A stretch of DNA of 64,000 nucleotides, taken from the IMG/VR virus record IMGVR_UViG_3300012983_003032; one strand, 5' to 3'. The notes beneath the pieces were generated by a model. That model ran no database searches and was not told where the DNA came from. It was given only the letters and a program-made list of their open reading frames with translations. This DNA is from a virus. The position numbers and the translations under genes were made by a program. Positions 37,030-47,375 of this stretch are shown one piece after another (position 1 is the first letter of the stretch; every line of letters starts with the position of its first letter).

Positions 37030-37449
37030 TCAATTCACGTACAATTCTCTTATGTACTCAGCAGGGTGATAATTATACGGCACATTGTTGTTATACCAAT
37101 TAAAACCATCAGCTGCCAATGAGACAGTAGGATTATCACCGATTCTGACTTTTACAGGTGTAACTAATACCGTATAAGTTCCTATTTCACTTGGGGCAAA
37201 AGTAATCTCAACCCCATTATTAAATGTGACAGTAACCGTATAACTTGATGTATTCTGTACAGAATAATATTCTGCATTTACCGCAGCCATCCATAACACA
37301 ACTTTTGTATAGTCATAGTAAGCATTCTTTATTGGTGATTTCTGAAATTTTAAAACATCGTTTTCAAACACTTTTTCTAACTCAGTCCATTCAGTGTCAT
37401 TTTTTTTCTTTATATAAACATTTGTAACTTGTGTAGCCATATAAACCAC
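37030..37449 (-). CDS. hypothetical protein (139 aa)
   Basis: ORF; beta-rich composition. Confidence 0.45.
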   Translation of the reverse strand: MVYMATQVTNVYIKKKNDTEWTELEKVFENDVLKFQKSPIKNAYYDYTKVVLWMAAVNAEYYSVQNTSSYTVTVTFNNGVEITFAPSEIGTYTVLVTPVKVRIGDNPTVSLAADGFNWYNNNVPYNYHPAEYIRELYVN

Positions 37450-37716
37450 CTATAAGATAGTGAGATACAAAGATGTACCTACAAGTTCACTCTTTAGATA
37501 ACCATCTTCAATTTTTACACTTGAAATAACATCTAAGTTTTTAAGAACATTTGCAGGACCTTTAATTTGGATTTTTTCGTAATCTTGGTCGTCACTTAAA
37601 GAAATTCCGTCATCTCGTATGTCCGCAATGATATAGTCTGTAAAAGATTGACCACCATCTAAACTGACTTTTATAGTTTCTACTGTTGTTGGTAATTTTG
37701 TAAATTTAATTCTCAT
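37450..37716 (-). CDS. hypothetical protein (88 aa)
   Basis: Abuts the downstream gene. Confidence 0.45.
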   Translation of the reverse strand: MRIKFTKLPTTVETIKVSLDGGQSFTDYIIADIRDDGISLSDDQDYEKIQIKGPANVLKNLDVISSVKIEDGYLKSELVGTSLYLTIL

Positions 37717-37777
37717 ATAATTTAATTAGTAAAATGATATGACTATCTTATTACTGGACCATTATAACTAAATAATT

Positions 37778-38224
37778 ATGGACAACTTGAATAAGATTGT
37801 ATATTATGCACAGGCTTTTGCAAATGACCTCAAATATATTTATCTTCACTGTATGGGTAAAGATTTCGACACAATTCGTACATTATCAAATGAATTATGG
37901 ATAGAGTTAAATGCCGAAATAGATGAAATGTCAGAAATATTTATTCTTAACGGTATTGAAATAGATAATCCAAGTGAAATAAAGTCACAGTTAGACTTTG
38001 ACACAGAATGGCCAGCCACAAATAATCAAATTATTCAATTCCAGGACTTTGTACAAGAGTTAAAAATTAAAGGGTCAAAGTATTTATTGGAATTAGAAAA
38101 TGCTGCACTTCCAAAAGATATAAAGTATATATATATTAACTTTTGGAGAAATAAAGTACTTTTTAGAAGCCAAAGGTATGCAGTACCCGAAAATAATTTT
38201 GATAGGTTGGGTGAAGATGATTAA
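37778..38224 (+). CDS. hypothetical protein (148 aa)
   Basis: ORF. Confidence 0.4.
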   Translation: MDNLNKIVYYAQAFANDLKYIYLHCMGKDFDTIRTLSNELWIELNAEIDEMSEIFILNGIEIDNPSEIKSQLDFDTEWPATNNQIIQFQDFVQELKIKGSKYLLELENAALPKDIKYIYINFWRNKVLFRSQRYAVPENNFDRLGEDD

Positions 38225-38657
38225 TTTTAATCCTATACGAGCAGAAGTACTTTTTAATCAAATTGATAAGTTCTCAAGATATTTCCCTTTTTCTGTGGAC
38301 TATATAGGGTGCCCTGAATTTAGGACAGAAAAATATGAATGGTTTTTTATTACTGACGATTCATTCAGTACTGCTGAGGAAAAAGAAACTTGGTTAGGAT
38401 TAGTTTGCGTTACTGAAAACAAATATTTAGGTGGGCAGAATATACATTTAAGTGTATTAGAAGTTGCAGAACCATTAAGAAACTTAAATATAGGTACTTC
38501 AATAGTAGATAGATTTATTGATATCTCTAGGAGAAGTGGATATGAGACCTTATCTCTACAAATTAGAAACAGAGACCTTTTAAGGTTCTATAGACGATTT
38601 GGATTTAGGGACGTAATTTTAAAAGGAGGTATGGAACTAGAAGTTCTAGATTTATGA
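38178..38657 (+). CDS. GNAT-family acetyltransferase (probable); true start possibly ATG 38217
   Basis: RNLNIGTSIVDRFI (acetyl-CoA motif) and C-terminal FYRRFGF. Confidence 0.5.
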   Translation: MQYPKIILIGWVKMINFNPIRAEVLFNQIDKFSRYFPFSVDYIGCPEFRTEKYEWFFITDDSFSTAEEKETWLGLVCVTENKYLGGQNIHLSVLEVAEPLRNLNIGTSIVDRFIDISRRSGYETLSLQIRNRDLLRFYRRFGFRDVILKGGMELEVLDL

Positions 38658-38935
38658 TATTAGAGTCAAGAAAAAAAGTTGAACAATTACAAGTTAAGGG
38701 AGTAGACTTGGTTAAAAATTATATTAAGACTCCCATAGAACAACAGAATGTTGAGGATAGTATTAATATATTTTTATATATTAAAAATCTTTTTTGTCAA
38801 GCACTTATTGGTAGTAAAATATTTGATAGATATGTAACATTATCAAACTTCATAACAAGTGACAAGTCTAAATTAGAGTTTTTTACTAGTTCTCATACAA
38901 AAAAAGAGATACAATTATTTCTTGAAAATTGCTAA
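38654..38935 (+). CDS. hypothetical protein (93 aa)
   Basis: ATGA overlap with upstream gene. Confidence 0.35.
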   Translation: MILESRKKVEQLQVKGVDLVKNYIKTPIEQQNVEDSINIFLYIKNLFCQALIGSKIFDRYVTLSNFITSDKSKLEFFTSSHTKKEIQLFLENC

Positions 38936-38957
38936 ATTTTTCATTTTTTGAAACTCG

Positions 38958-38967
38958 ACTAATTCAT
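38958..38967 (+). promoter_or_regulatory. GACTAATTCA motif 30 nt upstream of gene 38998
   Basis: See motif finding. Confidence 0.25.
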
Positions 38968-38997
38968 AGAGTATTTTAATTTGGAGGAAAATTTTTA

Positions 38998-40107
38998 ATG
39001 GCAGAAATTAGAGATTCTGACGAAAATTATGGTTTCAAACCTAGTAAACCATCAGTAGAAGAGCTTCTTAAAGAAACACAAGAAAAAGTAAAAGAAATTG
39101 AAGAAATCCCAGCAGGTTATATTACTGTAGAACTCTCTGAAGAGGGGGAGTATTATGCACCTAAAGTTTTTCATATGAGAGACTTTAATACTGAGGATAT
39201 TTTGAACCTTGCAATTGCAGACGATAGTGAAGTAATTGTTAGGACGGCAAATATGCTAGATGACCTTATTTGGGAAAAAGATGTTTCTGTTAAAAACTTT
39301 ACTGACAAGGAAGTAACTGAAACTGTATTTACTCTTTACAAGACATTCTATAATCCGATTATGAAAGGGCAAGAATATACACCTACTAAAGAGGATATGG
39401 ATTTTCTTGCAAAACAAAATGGTGGAAGAGAGTCTGCAGAGTTTAAGCAGATTGAAAGAGACCTTAAAACAGGTCAGTGGAAGCCAACATTTGATATTGA
39501 CTTAAATAAAGTTGTCCCTTATAAAAAGCCTGCAAAAGCAACAAAAACCGCAACAGTAACAAAACCTAATGGATTTTCTTGTAAGTATGCTATGCCTAGG
39601 TATGGTGATACAATTGTTCTCAAGAATTATGTAGAAGAATTTTGGGCAGATGAGGATAGAAAATTTGAACCTATTACTCAAATGCTTAAAGACGCTGAGG
39701 ATATGAGGAGAAGATTTAGGGAAGGAGAAAATATTAATTTACTTTCTATCCCTAAACCAACAAAAGAAGATATGAAAAGGTATAATGACTATGTTATGAA
39801 AAGAAATGCTTTTTCTATGACAGCTCTTAGGGCACTTCATTTGATTGAATTCCGTGGTCAGGACGTTTCAAACTTAACCCTTAGTGAAAAATATAAAATG
39901 GCACAAGACCCTGAATTGGATTTGCCTACATTTAAAAAAATTAATGAGGCATTTAACAGTGTTAAAATAGGTTTACCAGATAAAATTAAAATTATCAGCC
40001 CAATTACAAACCGGGAGGTGGAATACGAATATAGCTTTCGTCTTCCTGTTATTCTTCAGGCCATGGGAAATAACGAATCTGATGGAACTGTTATTGACTT
40101 TGACTAA
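38998..40107 (+). CDS. tail-module protein (369 aa) immediately upstream of the tape-measure gene
   Basis: SD GGAGG. Position suggests tail tube/chaperone-region protein; no motif. Confidence 0.5.
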   Translation: MAEIRDSDENYGFKPSKPSVEELLKETQEKVKEIEEIPAGYITVELSEEGEYYAPKVFHMRDFNTEDILNLAIADDSEVIVRTANMLDDLIWEKDVSVKNFTDKEVTETVFTLYKTFYNPIMKGQEYTPTKEDMDFLAKQNGGRESAEFKQIERDLKTGQWKPTFDIDLNKVVPYKKPAKATKTATVTKPNGFSCKYAMPRYGDTIVLKNYVEEFWADEDRKFEPITQMLKDAEDMRRRFREGENINLLSIPKPTKEDMKRYNDYVMKRNAFSMTALRALHLIEFRGQDVSNLTLSEKYKMAQDPELDLPTFKKINEAFNSVKIGLPDKIKIISPITNREVEYEYSFRLPVILQAMGNNESDGTVIDFD

Positions 40108-40357
40108 AGAGACATCAACTTCTTTCAGTGAGTTATTGAAACTCCCATTTTATATTACCTATGGTATGTATAATACTTTGGTTAATTTAAATAAAAAGGA
40201 ACAAGAGGCACAAAAGAAAGAGGAAGAGGCTGCAAAGGCAGAATATAATATCCCAAATATTAATTCTTTGCAAAGTCAGGCATTATCAAGTATTAACAGT
40301 GCAACACCAAAAGTGCAGATTCCTAATATTCCTTCTTCTGGAAGTTTCCACTTGTAA
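40082..40357 (+). CDS. small protein overlapping previous ORF in the +1 frame (91 aa)
   Basis: 26-nt overlap; helical, Q/A/E/K-rich. Confidence 0.35.
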   Translation: MELLLTLTKETSTSFSELLKLPFYITYGMYNTLVNLNKKEQEAQKKEEEAAKAEYNIPNINSLQSQALSSINSATPKVQIPNIPSSGSFHL

Positions 40358-40361
40358 TTAT

Positions 40362-40393
40362 AGAAAAACCCTACAATTATGTAGGGTTTTTTA
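40362..40393. terminator. intrinsic terminator (aaccctac-aattat-gtagggtt + TTTTTT)
   Basis: 8-bp perfect stem, A-run before, T-run after. Confidence 0.55.
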
Positions 40394-40417
40394 ATTTTTC
40401 AATACTATTCACCCGTT

Positions 40418-40427
40418 CACTAATTAA
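40418..40427 (+). promoter_or_regulatory. CACTAATTAA motif immediately upstream of the tape-measure gene
   Basis: See motif finding. Confidence 0.25.
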
Positions 40428-40429
40428 AT

Positions 40430-43400
40430 ATGGCAGTTAATCAAGAAACCCTAGAAACTTTAGGGGGTATAAAAGAATCAATAGACTCAATCAAAGCAGG
40501 AAATACTTCTGCAAAAGACGGTGTTACCGATAAAGAAGAGTCACTTGAAAAGTTGGTTGAAAGATTAGAAAAAAGTCTAACCGACGAAATGAAAGAAATT
40601 ATTGACGCAATAAATGGTAAAAATAAGAAAGGTAAAGAAACAAAAGACGCCGCTGCCAGTATATTCTCTGATGATGATATTGAACAACTTAGTGGTGTAG
40701 TAAATGGTGGAACAGAAGAGAAAATTACCCCACCAAAATCAGGTCAAGTAACACCTAATGATTTGTCAAAAATTGACCAAACTGCTGCATTAGGAAGTTT
40801 ACTTATCTATTATAAATTAGATGAAATTAAACAAGCTCTAGACCCGTTAATTTTAAAATTAACAAAAGGTGGAGTTTCAAAGGATAAATCCCAAGCTGGT
40901 TCAGAGGGTATAAATATAGCCGATAGTGGAAATATGGCAACAATGATTTCAAGTTTAAAAGAATTTGCAAAAGCCGCAATGTTATTGGCACTTATACCAA
41001 AAGGACCTGCAACTGCTGGAGTGGAATTATTTGAAAATTTTGTAAAATCTATGAATCAGATGTCAGAAAAAACCGATGCTAAAAAACAAGAAGATTTTGC
41101 AAAATCTCTTTCAAGTATGTCAGAGTCCATTAAAAAACTTGCAGGTGCTTGTTTATTATTATCAGTATCTATTGTATTTATAGCAGTTTCTGTCCCTGCA
41201 ATGTTGTTATTAAGAGAAGTTGTTAGACTAGCAGGTGAGGCAGGAGAGCTGGTTGGTGAGAATGCCCAAAACCTTGCAATATTGGCTGTAGGTGCAGTAT
41301 TACTTGCTGTTTCATTTATATTATTTGGTGCAGCTTTTGTAGTTATGGCAAATGTACTTCCTAAAATACCTGCTGCATTATTGAGTATTTTAGCAGTAAT
41401 AGGTGTTTTGGCTGTAACATTAGTATTAGGTGCTCTTATGGCATATGCTGTACCTATTTTGGCAATATTCCCATTAGTAGCAATTTTAGTTGCAATTGGA
41501 TATATGGCAATGGCAGCCGCAATTTTAGTTTTAAGTAATATAAAGGTTGACCAAGAACAATTGAAAAAAGGTATTGACGGTATAAAAATGGTATTAGAGG
41601 AAACTGTTCAGTTAGGGATAGCTTGTTTACCATTAGTTATACTTATGGTGCCATTTATCCTTACAGCAGGACTTATGTTTGTAGGTTTTACTGTTTTATA
41701 CTTTGCATTATTCTCTTTAGCACTTATAAGTTTCTTTATAGGAACAGGTGAATGGATGGATGTTGCTGTAGCAAAGATAATTAAATTTTTTGCGGCTTTT
41801 GGTACACAAGAATTTTTGAAAACCGCAGGTCTCGCATTGGTAGGTTCTCTTGCAATTGCAGTTGCCTCAGTAGCATTGGTTATTGCATTTGTTTCCATGA
41901 CCATAAATATACTTTTATTAAAGGCTATTGACGCTCTTATTACAGACGATAATATGATTCCAAGAATTATGGGTAAAGAGGGTGCAATTAGCAAGATAAT
42001 GGATAGTACAGTGGCTTTAAGTTTAAAAGCTCTTGTTGCAACTATCGCGGCAGTCCCATTGGTTGCATTTGGTGTTGTATTCCTTGTAGCTATGGCTTCT
42101 ATTGCTCTTGCATTTGGAGCAATTGTATTAGTTGATAAAGCCGTAAATGCTATTAAAGACCCTAAGTCTTTAGGTGATAAGTCTAGAGACCTTTGTGTAA
42201 ATTTATTATTGTCTATAATGGGTCTTGACGCAGATGGCTCTATAAGTGCAGGCGACCTTATTAAAGGTGGATTAAATATGGTAGGAATGACGGCAGCAGC
42301 CGTATTGATAGTTCCTTTTGCAGTTGCAGCTGCCCTTGCAATGGTAAGTTTATTGGCTACAGTTGAGTCAATCAAAGCATTAAGTAAGGTAATTGACTCT
42401 TTTGGGCCTGAAGACGTACAGAATGTAATGAGTGTTATGGGTATAATACTTGGTACGTTAGCTGAGTCGGCAGAAGCCTTTAAGGGTACTTCTGCAAAGA
42501 CCATAACTGCATTAGGTTCTTTAGTAAAAGACGTTGCAGAGTCTATATCTACTTTAACTGACGTAGTTCTTAAATTAAAGAACGGTATCCCTGACGAACA
42601 GATAGATGCAGCTGTTTTTGCAATAAAGAGAATTTGTGAGAAATTGTTCGGTAATCCTGACGTAGATGAAAAGGGTGCATATAATTTAACAGTACTATTC
42701 AAACAGTTGGCAAGTAGTAAATTAAAGAATTTAAAGGCAGAGGCTGTTTCTGCATTAATCCCAATAATAGATTCTATTGATACTCTTGCAGACTTGGTAG
42801 TTAAAGTAAGTGATGAAGACCAATTTTCTCAGCAAAGGATTGATTTAGGGACTGCAAATATAGAAAGATTCTTGGGGTTAATAGTAAATGTTGCCTCCGC
42901 AATGAAGTCTCTTGTAAAAGTAGACGGTGGTTGGCTCGGTGCAAAATTATTAGGAAATAAATCTCCTCTTGAGGCAGTAGAAGAAGTAGTTAATTCAGGA
43001 TTTTTTGACAAATTTACTACTATGATTAATCAAATGTCTTCTACTGCAAATATTGTAGGTACTGCAAGAGTTGAAGAATATCAGGGATTTATAAATTTCT
43101 GGAAACAAGACTTCTCAAAAATGAGTGAAAGTTCTTCTGAGTTTAAGGCTGCATTTAAAAATGTTAATGACGCCTTTAAGGGTATTAATGATAAAACATT
43201 AGACGCATATGAAAGATTTATTAAGATAAGTACAATGGATTCTTCGGGTGCAACTCAGACTCTAAGTTCCTTAACAACACTTGCAAATCTTTCTCCAAAG
43301 TTTGTAGCCATTGCCGACGCTTTTAGTAAAATGGCTTCGTCTATGGACACTATGGCAAAGAAGACAAGTAAACTTAATGAAATGTTCGATAAGATGAAGA

Positions 43401-43630
43401 AAGCAGAAAAAACTGCAACTGCAATGGCAAATGTTAAGGAAGGTAATATCTCAATAGGTAGTGGTGCTGTTCAAGGAGATAATAGTATCGGTCTTTTATA
43501 TGCTATTGTTGATAGTTGGAATAGAGACGGTGTTCCTATTAGAGCAAGTATTAATTCTGCTGAGGGTAAAATTGAACCTGATAATGTAAATAATAAGACA
43601 GGCATGAGTGCTAGGAGAAATTGGCAATGA
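40430..43630 (+). CDS. tail tape-measure protein candidate (1066 aa; helical N-terminus, ~15 hydrophobic segments)
   Basis: Size, Ala/Leu/Val-rich repeats, multiple membrane-spanning-like segments and position upstream of baseplate-like genes. Confidence 0.6.
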   Translation: MAVNQETLETLGGIKESIDSIKAGNTSAKDGVTDKEESLEKLVERLEKSLTDEMKEIIDAINGKNKKGKETKDAAASIFSDDDIEQLSGVVNGGTEEKITPPKSGQVTPNDLSKIDQTAALGSLLIYYKLDEIKQALDPLILKLTKGGVSKDKSQAGSEGINIADSGNMATMISSLKEFAKAAMLLALIPKGPATAGVELFENFVKSMNQMSEKTDAKKQEDFAKSLSSMSESIKKLAGACLLLSVSIVFIAVSVPAMLLLREVVRLAGEAGELVGENAQNLAILAVGAVLLAVSFILFGAAFVVMANVLPKIPAALLSILAVIGVLAVTLVLGALMAYAVPILAIFPLVAILVAIGYMAMAAAILVLSNIKVDQEQLKKGIDGIKMVLEETVQLGIACLPLVILMVPFILTAGLMFVGFTVLYFALFSLALISFFIGTGEWMDVAVAKIIKFFAAFGTQEFLKTAGLALVGSLAIAVASVALVIAFVSMTINILLLKAIDALITDDNMIPRIMGKEGAISKIMDSTVALSLKALVATIAAVPLVAFGVVFLVAMASIALAFGAIVLVDKAVNAIKDPKSLGDKSRDLCVNLLLSIMGLDADGSISAGDLIKGGLNMVGMTAAAVLIVPFAVAAALAMVSLLATVESIKALSKVIDSFGPEDVQNVMSVMGIILGTLAESAEAFKGTSAKTITALGSLVKDVAESISTLTDVVLKLKNGIPDEQIDAAVFAIKRICEKLFGNPDVDEKGAYNLTVLFKQLASSKLKNLKAEAVSALIPIIDSIDTLADLVVKVSDEDQFSQQRIDLGTANIERFLGLIVNVASAMKSLVKVDGGWLGAKLLGNKSPLEAVEEVVNSGFFDKFTTMINQMSSTANIVGTARVEEYQGFINFWKQDFSKMSESSSEFKAAFKNVNDAFKGINDKTLDAYERFIKISTMDSSGATQTLSSLTTLANLSPKFVAIADAFSKMASSMDTMAKKTSKLNEMFDKMKKAEKTATAMANVKEGNISIGSGAVQGDNSIGLLYAIVDSWNRDGVPIRASINSAEGKIEPDNVNNKTGMSARRNWQ

Positions 43631-44940
43631 TAGTTTCACATAATTTAGAAGACCCTAAAAAAGTAGGAAGTTTAATAACTTCTACTATCGTAGATACGGA
43701 TGGTAAAAAATTAGATAATTACAATGCGGCTAGTCTAAAGTCAACAATTACTTGGCCTGACCCTGCTTCATACAATGAACCTGAGACTGCGGATGTTCAG
43801 AAACTTGCAGACGCAAGATATGACGTAGTAAATAGAGCAAAATTATTTGAAATAGCAATTGGTTCACCAAGTTCTGCATTATCAGAATATGTGTCGTCTC
43901 AAGGTGAAACTAACCTCTTAATTGCCTCTCCTTTTGGTAATTGGCGTGATTATGGAGTTAATGGATTTTGTCAGATTTCAGACAGAATATTATTAGAGTG
44001 TCCTGAACAAATTAGCAAAGTTGGTGGTGGGGTTACATATAGTGTTTCTACTCTTAGAGAAGAAATAGAAGGGCATAGTGTAGTTAAAACAATATCGAAT
44101 GTTACAAATGCCGTTAATGCTGGGGCAGAGGCTTTATCTGCCGTAACTGGAAAAGACTTGACGGGTGGTGCAAACACAAAAGGTGACTTTATCTCAAGAT
44201 GGCAAAATATGCCCGTTTATGACCCAGTAAAAACAACAGGGCAGGATATAGAAAGTTTATCTTTTACTTTTAGATTTGGTCAAGGTCAACTTTTTTCTGG
44301 TGAAGAAGAAGTAGTAAAACCTATCTTGGCATTAGCAAATATATTTTTACCTCGTACAAATGGTGAAAACCATAAACTTACAGGCCCTTTTATATCTGGT
44401 GTTAGAGCAAAAGGAAAATTCTTAACTGCCTTTCTTAATGAGGGTCTTAAAGAAATTTTTAGTAACTTAAAAAATACAGATGGTGCTACAGTCGCATCAG
44501 CAGGTGTTGATGGTATAGCTGGGGCAGTAAATGATATCAATAAAATTACTGAGGCTGTTTATAATGTACAAGACGTAGTTGCAAAAGAAGCACTTTCTGA
44601 AACAAGTACAATAGTTGGAACAATTGGTGGCTATGTATTTGGTCCACTTGTTACAACAAATGTAAAATGGGACTTTGACTTCTCTCAAGTTGATGAGTAC
44701 GGATACCCTTGTGCGGGAACAATTACATTTGGTGGTCTTAAACCTATTATGCTTCTTACTTCTGGTGACGTATTTAGAAGATGGGGTTATAATACAACTA
44801 AGATTACCCCTGAAGGTAATCCTTCTCAACCCGCATTAAAGCAACTTAAAAACTCTGGTGCAAGTACTTGGGTTTCTTCTAAAATGACTGACCTTGCTAA
44901 AGATGTTGGTCAATTTATAGAAAATCGAAGAAACAACTAA
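43627..44940 (+). CDS. tail/baseplate protein (437 aa)
   Basis: ATGA overlap with tape-measure stop (table start 43621 is a TTG extension). Confidence 0.5.
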   Translation: MIVSHNLEDPKKVGSLITSTIVDTDGKKLDNYNAASLKSTITWPDPASYNEPETADVQKLADARYDVVNRAKLFEIAIGSPSSALSEYVSSQGETNLLIASPFGNWRDYGVNGFCQISDRILLECPEQISKVGGGVTYSVSTLREEIEGHSVVKTISNVTNAVNAGAEALSAVTGKDLTGGANTKGDFISRWQNMPVYDPVKTTGQDIESLSFTFRFGQGQLFSGEEEVVKPILALANIFLPRTNGENHKLTGPFISGVRAKGKFLTAFLNEGLKEIFSNLKNTDGATVASAGVDGIAGAVNDINKITEAVYNVQDVVAKEALSETSTIVGTIGGYVFGPLVTTNVKWDFDFSQVDEYGYPCAGTITFGGLKPIMLLTSGDVFRRWGYNTTKITPEGNPSQPALKQLKNSGASTWVSSKMTDLAKDVGQFIENRRNN

Positions 44941-44942
44941 AT

Positions 44943-45281
44943 GTGAAAAGAGGTATATATATGAAATCTAGATATGACTTTATGGAAGATAGTAAAGTTT
45001 GTGATATAGACGGTCTTAATTATCCAGACCCTTTAAGTTTAAATTATTCTGATTATGCAATTACTGAAATCCCTACATTGTTTCAAACAACGGCAGCAGA
45101 TATTTCTAAGTTTTGGACCAGAATGTATCACGACTATAAAATAACAGAATTAGACGACGTATTGTTAGATATGAATGGAATTGGATATGTTGGTATGTTA
45201 GAACCAGGCTCAATATTATATAGATTTGATATAAAGGATATACAAGGTGTAAATAGTAATAAGAGGAAGGAGGTTATATAA
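44943..45281 (+). CDS. hypothetical tail-module protein (112 aa)
   Basis: Tightly packed ORF. Confidence 0.45.
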   Translation: MKRGIYMKSRYDFMEDSKVCDIDGLNYPDPLSLNYSDYAITEIPTLFQTTAADISKFWTRMYHDYKITELDDVLLDMNGIGYVGMLEPGSILYRFDIKDIQGVNSNKRKEVI

Positions 45282-46609
45282 TGTTTTTTGACCCATTAGT
45301 TCTTATTCAAATAGACGGCGGGCCTATATTAGACTATAATAAAGTAAGAGATATTTCTATTTATTCCTCTATTGATAGTACTTTACCTGAATTAACTTTT
45401 AAGATTAATGACTCTGACGGTAGATTCATATCTACAATGCAATTATATCTTGGTCAAATTGTTAACGTTATGGTTAGAGATATTTCTTCTGATGGAGATA
45501 AAATTGCTGCAAGGGACCCCCATTTTAATCCTTTAATTAACTTGTGTACATTTACAATTAAACGTATTTATGATGGTCTTGAGGTGGGTAATGGGTATTC
45601 AGGATTTATTCAGATATGGTGTACTCAAAGTTGGAGAACATTTGGAAATTATAAACCAAAAATTTACTCTCCTCAACTTAATAGTAATGTAATCAGAGAT
45701 GTTTGTAAAAACGCGAATAAACTTGCAAATATTGGTATAAATGCAGATTATTGGAACGAAAGTAGTGACCAAGGTATTATACCAAGGTATAAATGTGGTG
45801 AATCAGATATAGAATTTTTGGAAACAAAAGTACTACCTTATACCAATATAGACGACAGTAATGTTTTTTTCTTTTTAGACCAATTTGGTTATGCACATTT
45901 AACTTCTTTTGATAAAATTAAAAATACTGAAGAAAAGGCAATTATTCGTGCACCAGATAGTCAAGTTAATGACGTATGGGAAAAAGTAAATAAATTAAAA
46001 GACGAGAAAAAAATTGAAGCTTACCCTTATGAAGATATTAAGATAGATATAGGAGATATAGATATTTTAAAAAAGTTAGGACTTATTAAACAAAAAGTTC
46101 TTCTCATCAATAACAATACTGGCAAAGTATATGACGGTATTCAAAAACTATCTGCAAGAATGGGTGGAAATTCAGGTAAAACATTCCAAAATGTAGTGCC
46201 TATATCTTTAATAAATATGGCGTCTATGGAGGCTACTAGTAGTAAAATTATTGAGAATCGTATTTTTGATGATGCTATGGCTATTGCGGGTAACTCTGAA
46301 ATTCAATTAGAAGATATGTTCCAGATAATTGTTTCTGTTGGTAATATCCTTAATGAAGTATTACCAGGGGATACAATAAACTTAATTCCACCTTTACAAA
46401 TTATGGATACTAGTGAGACTATAAATACTCCAGGTTTAGAAAATAAAATAGTAAGTTGGCTTGACGGTAAATGGATTGTAAAGTCGGTTCAATATAATCA
46501 GAAAGAAAAGTCTAAAGCAAGTACGTCATTAATTTTAATAAGACCTACTTTTATCTATTCTTCAGACTATACAACAATTGATAACCCAGATAGGTTCTAT
46601 CAAATATAG
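45281..46609 (+). CDS. baseplate/hub-like protein (442 aa)
   Basis: ATGT overlap; position. Confidence 0.5.
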   Translation: MFFDPLVLIQIDGGPILDYNKVRDISIYSSIDSTLPELTFKINDSDGRFISTMQLYLGQIVNVMVRDISSDGDKIAARDPHFNPLINLCTFTIKRIYDGLEVGNGYSGFIQIWCTQSWRTFGNYKPKIYSPQLNSNVIRDVCKNANKLANIGINADYWNESSDQGIIPRYKCGESDIEFLETKVLPYTNIDDSNVFFFLDQFGYAHLTSFDKIKNTEEKAIIRAPDSQVNDVWEKVNKLKDEKKIEAYPYEDIKIDIGDIDILKKLGLIKQKVLLINNNTGKVYDGIQKLSARMGGNSGKTFQNVVPISLINMASMEATSSKIIENRIFDDAMAIAGNSEIQLEDMFQIIVSVGNILNEVLPGDTINLIPPLQIMDTSETINTPGLENKIVSWLDGKWIVKSVQYNQKEKSKASTSLILIRPTFIYSSDYTTIDNPDRFYQI

Positions 46610-46622
46610 GAGGTAATTTTTA

Positions 46623-47372
46623 ATGAGAGAATACGAAAAGCCTAGTATGGAATTAAAACTATATAGGGCAAGAATATATGATAATGGTAAAGATGGCGAC
46701 GATAGAATTCAAGTTAGAATTATTCCATATATGATAGAATATGAGGACTCAGAGTGTGGGGATTTACCTAGGTACCCTGCCTTATTTAAAGGTCAAGTCT
46801 TTAATGGGTATACGGAAAGAAATCCTAATCCATTAACAAAAAAAGCGGACGAAGTATTTGTATTATCTACTAACGATTGGACTTATGGATATGTTGTAGG
46901 GTATGCAAATATGTTTTATAACTGTTCCTCTACACCATATCAGGATTCGTATGGATTTATGAATATTCAAAGTTACCTTAGTACTAGAGGTTTGGACGCA
47001 ATTGATTATGACTCAATAGTAGTTGATAATTGGTTGAATACTGATGAAGGTGGATATATTGAATTCCACAATTTTAAGACAGGTGACAAATATATTATAA
47101 ATGCAAGTGGTAACTGTTTTGCGATATTGTCAGATAGAATATATATAAGGGCAGGTTCACCAAATGGTACAAAAAATGGTGGTAATGGTAACCCATTTTC
47201 TACTATTGTTATGACAAATACAGACGTAACTATTAAAACAAAAAACTTTTCAATAGACGCAGAAAAAGTATCATTAGGTAAACATGGTCATTATCTTTTA
47301 GGAACAGTTTCGTCTTTATCAACTGCATACAACGGTGTTAACTTGCAGCCTATTAAGGATATTACAGTTTAA
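46623..47372 (+). CDS. baseplate/spike-like protein (249 aa)
   Basis: SD GGAGG; beta-rich. Confidence 0.5.
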   Translation: MREYEKPSMELKLYRARIYDNGKDGDDRIQVRIIPYMIEYEDSECGDLPRYPALFKGQVFNGYTERNPNPLTKKADEVFVLSTNDWTYGYVVGYANMFYNCSSTPYQDSYGFMNIQSYLSTRGLDAIDYDSIVVDNWLNTDEGGYIEFHNFKTGDKYIINASGNCFAILSDRIYIRAGSPNGTKNGGNGNPFSTIVMTNTDVTIKTKNFSIDAEKVSLGKHGHYLLGTVSSLSTAYNGVNLQPIKDITV

Positions 47373-47375
47373 TTT

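Noticed and set aside
41608-42702. 364-aa minus-strand ORF inside the tape-measure gene
   Set aside because: Antisense to a much longer, better-supported ORF. Its low-complexity A/T/I-rich translation mirrors the Ala/Val-rich sense strand.
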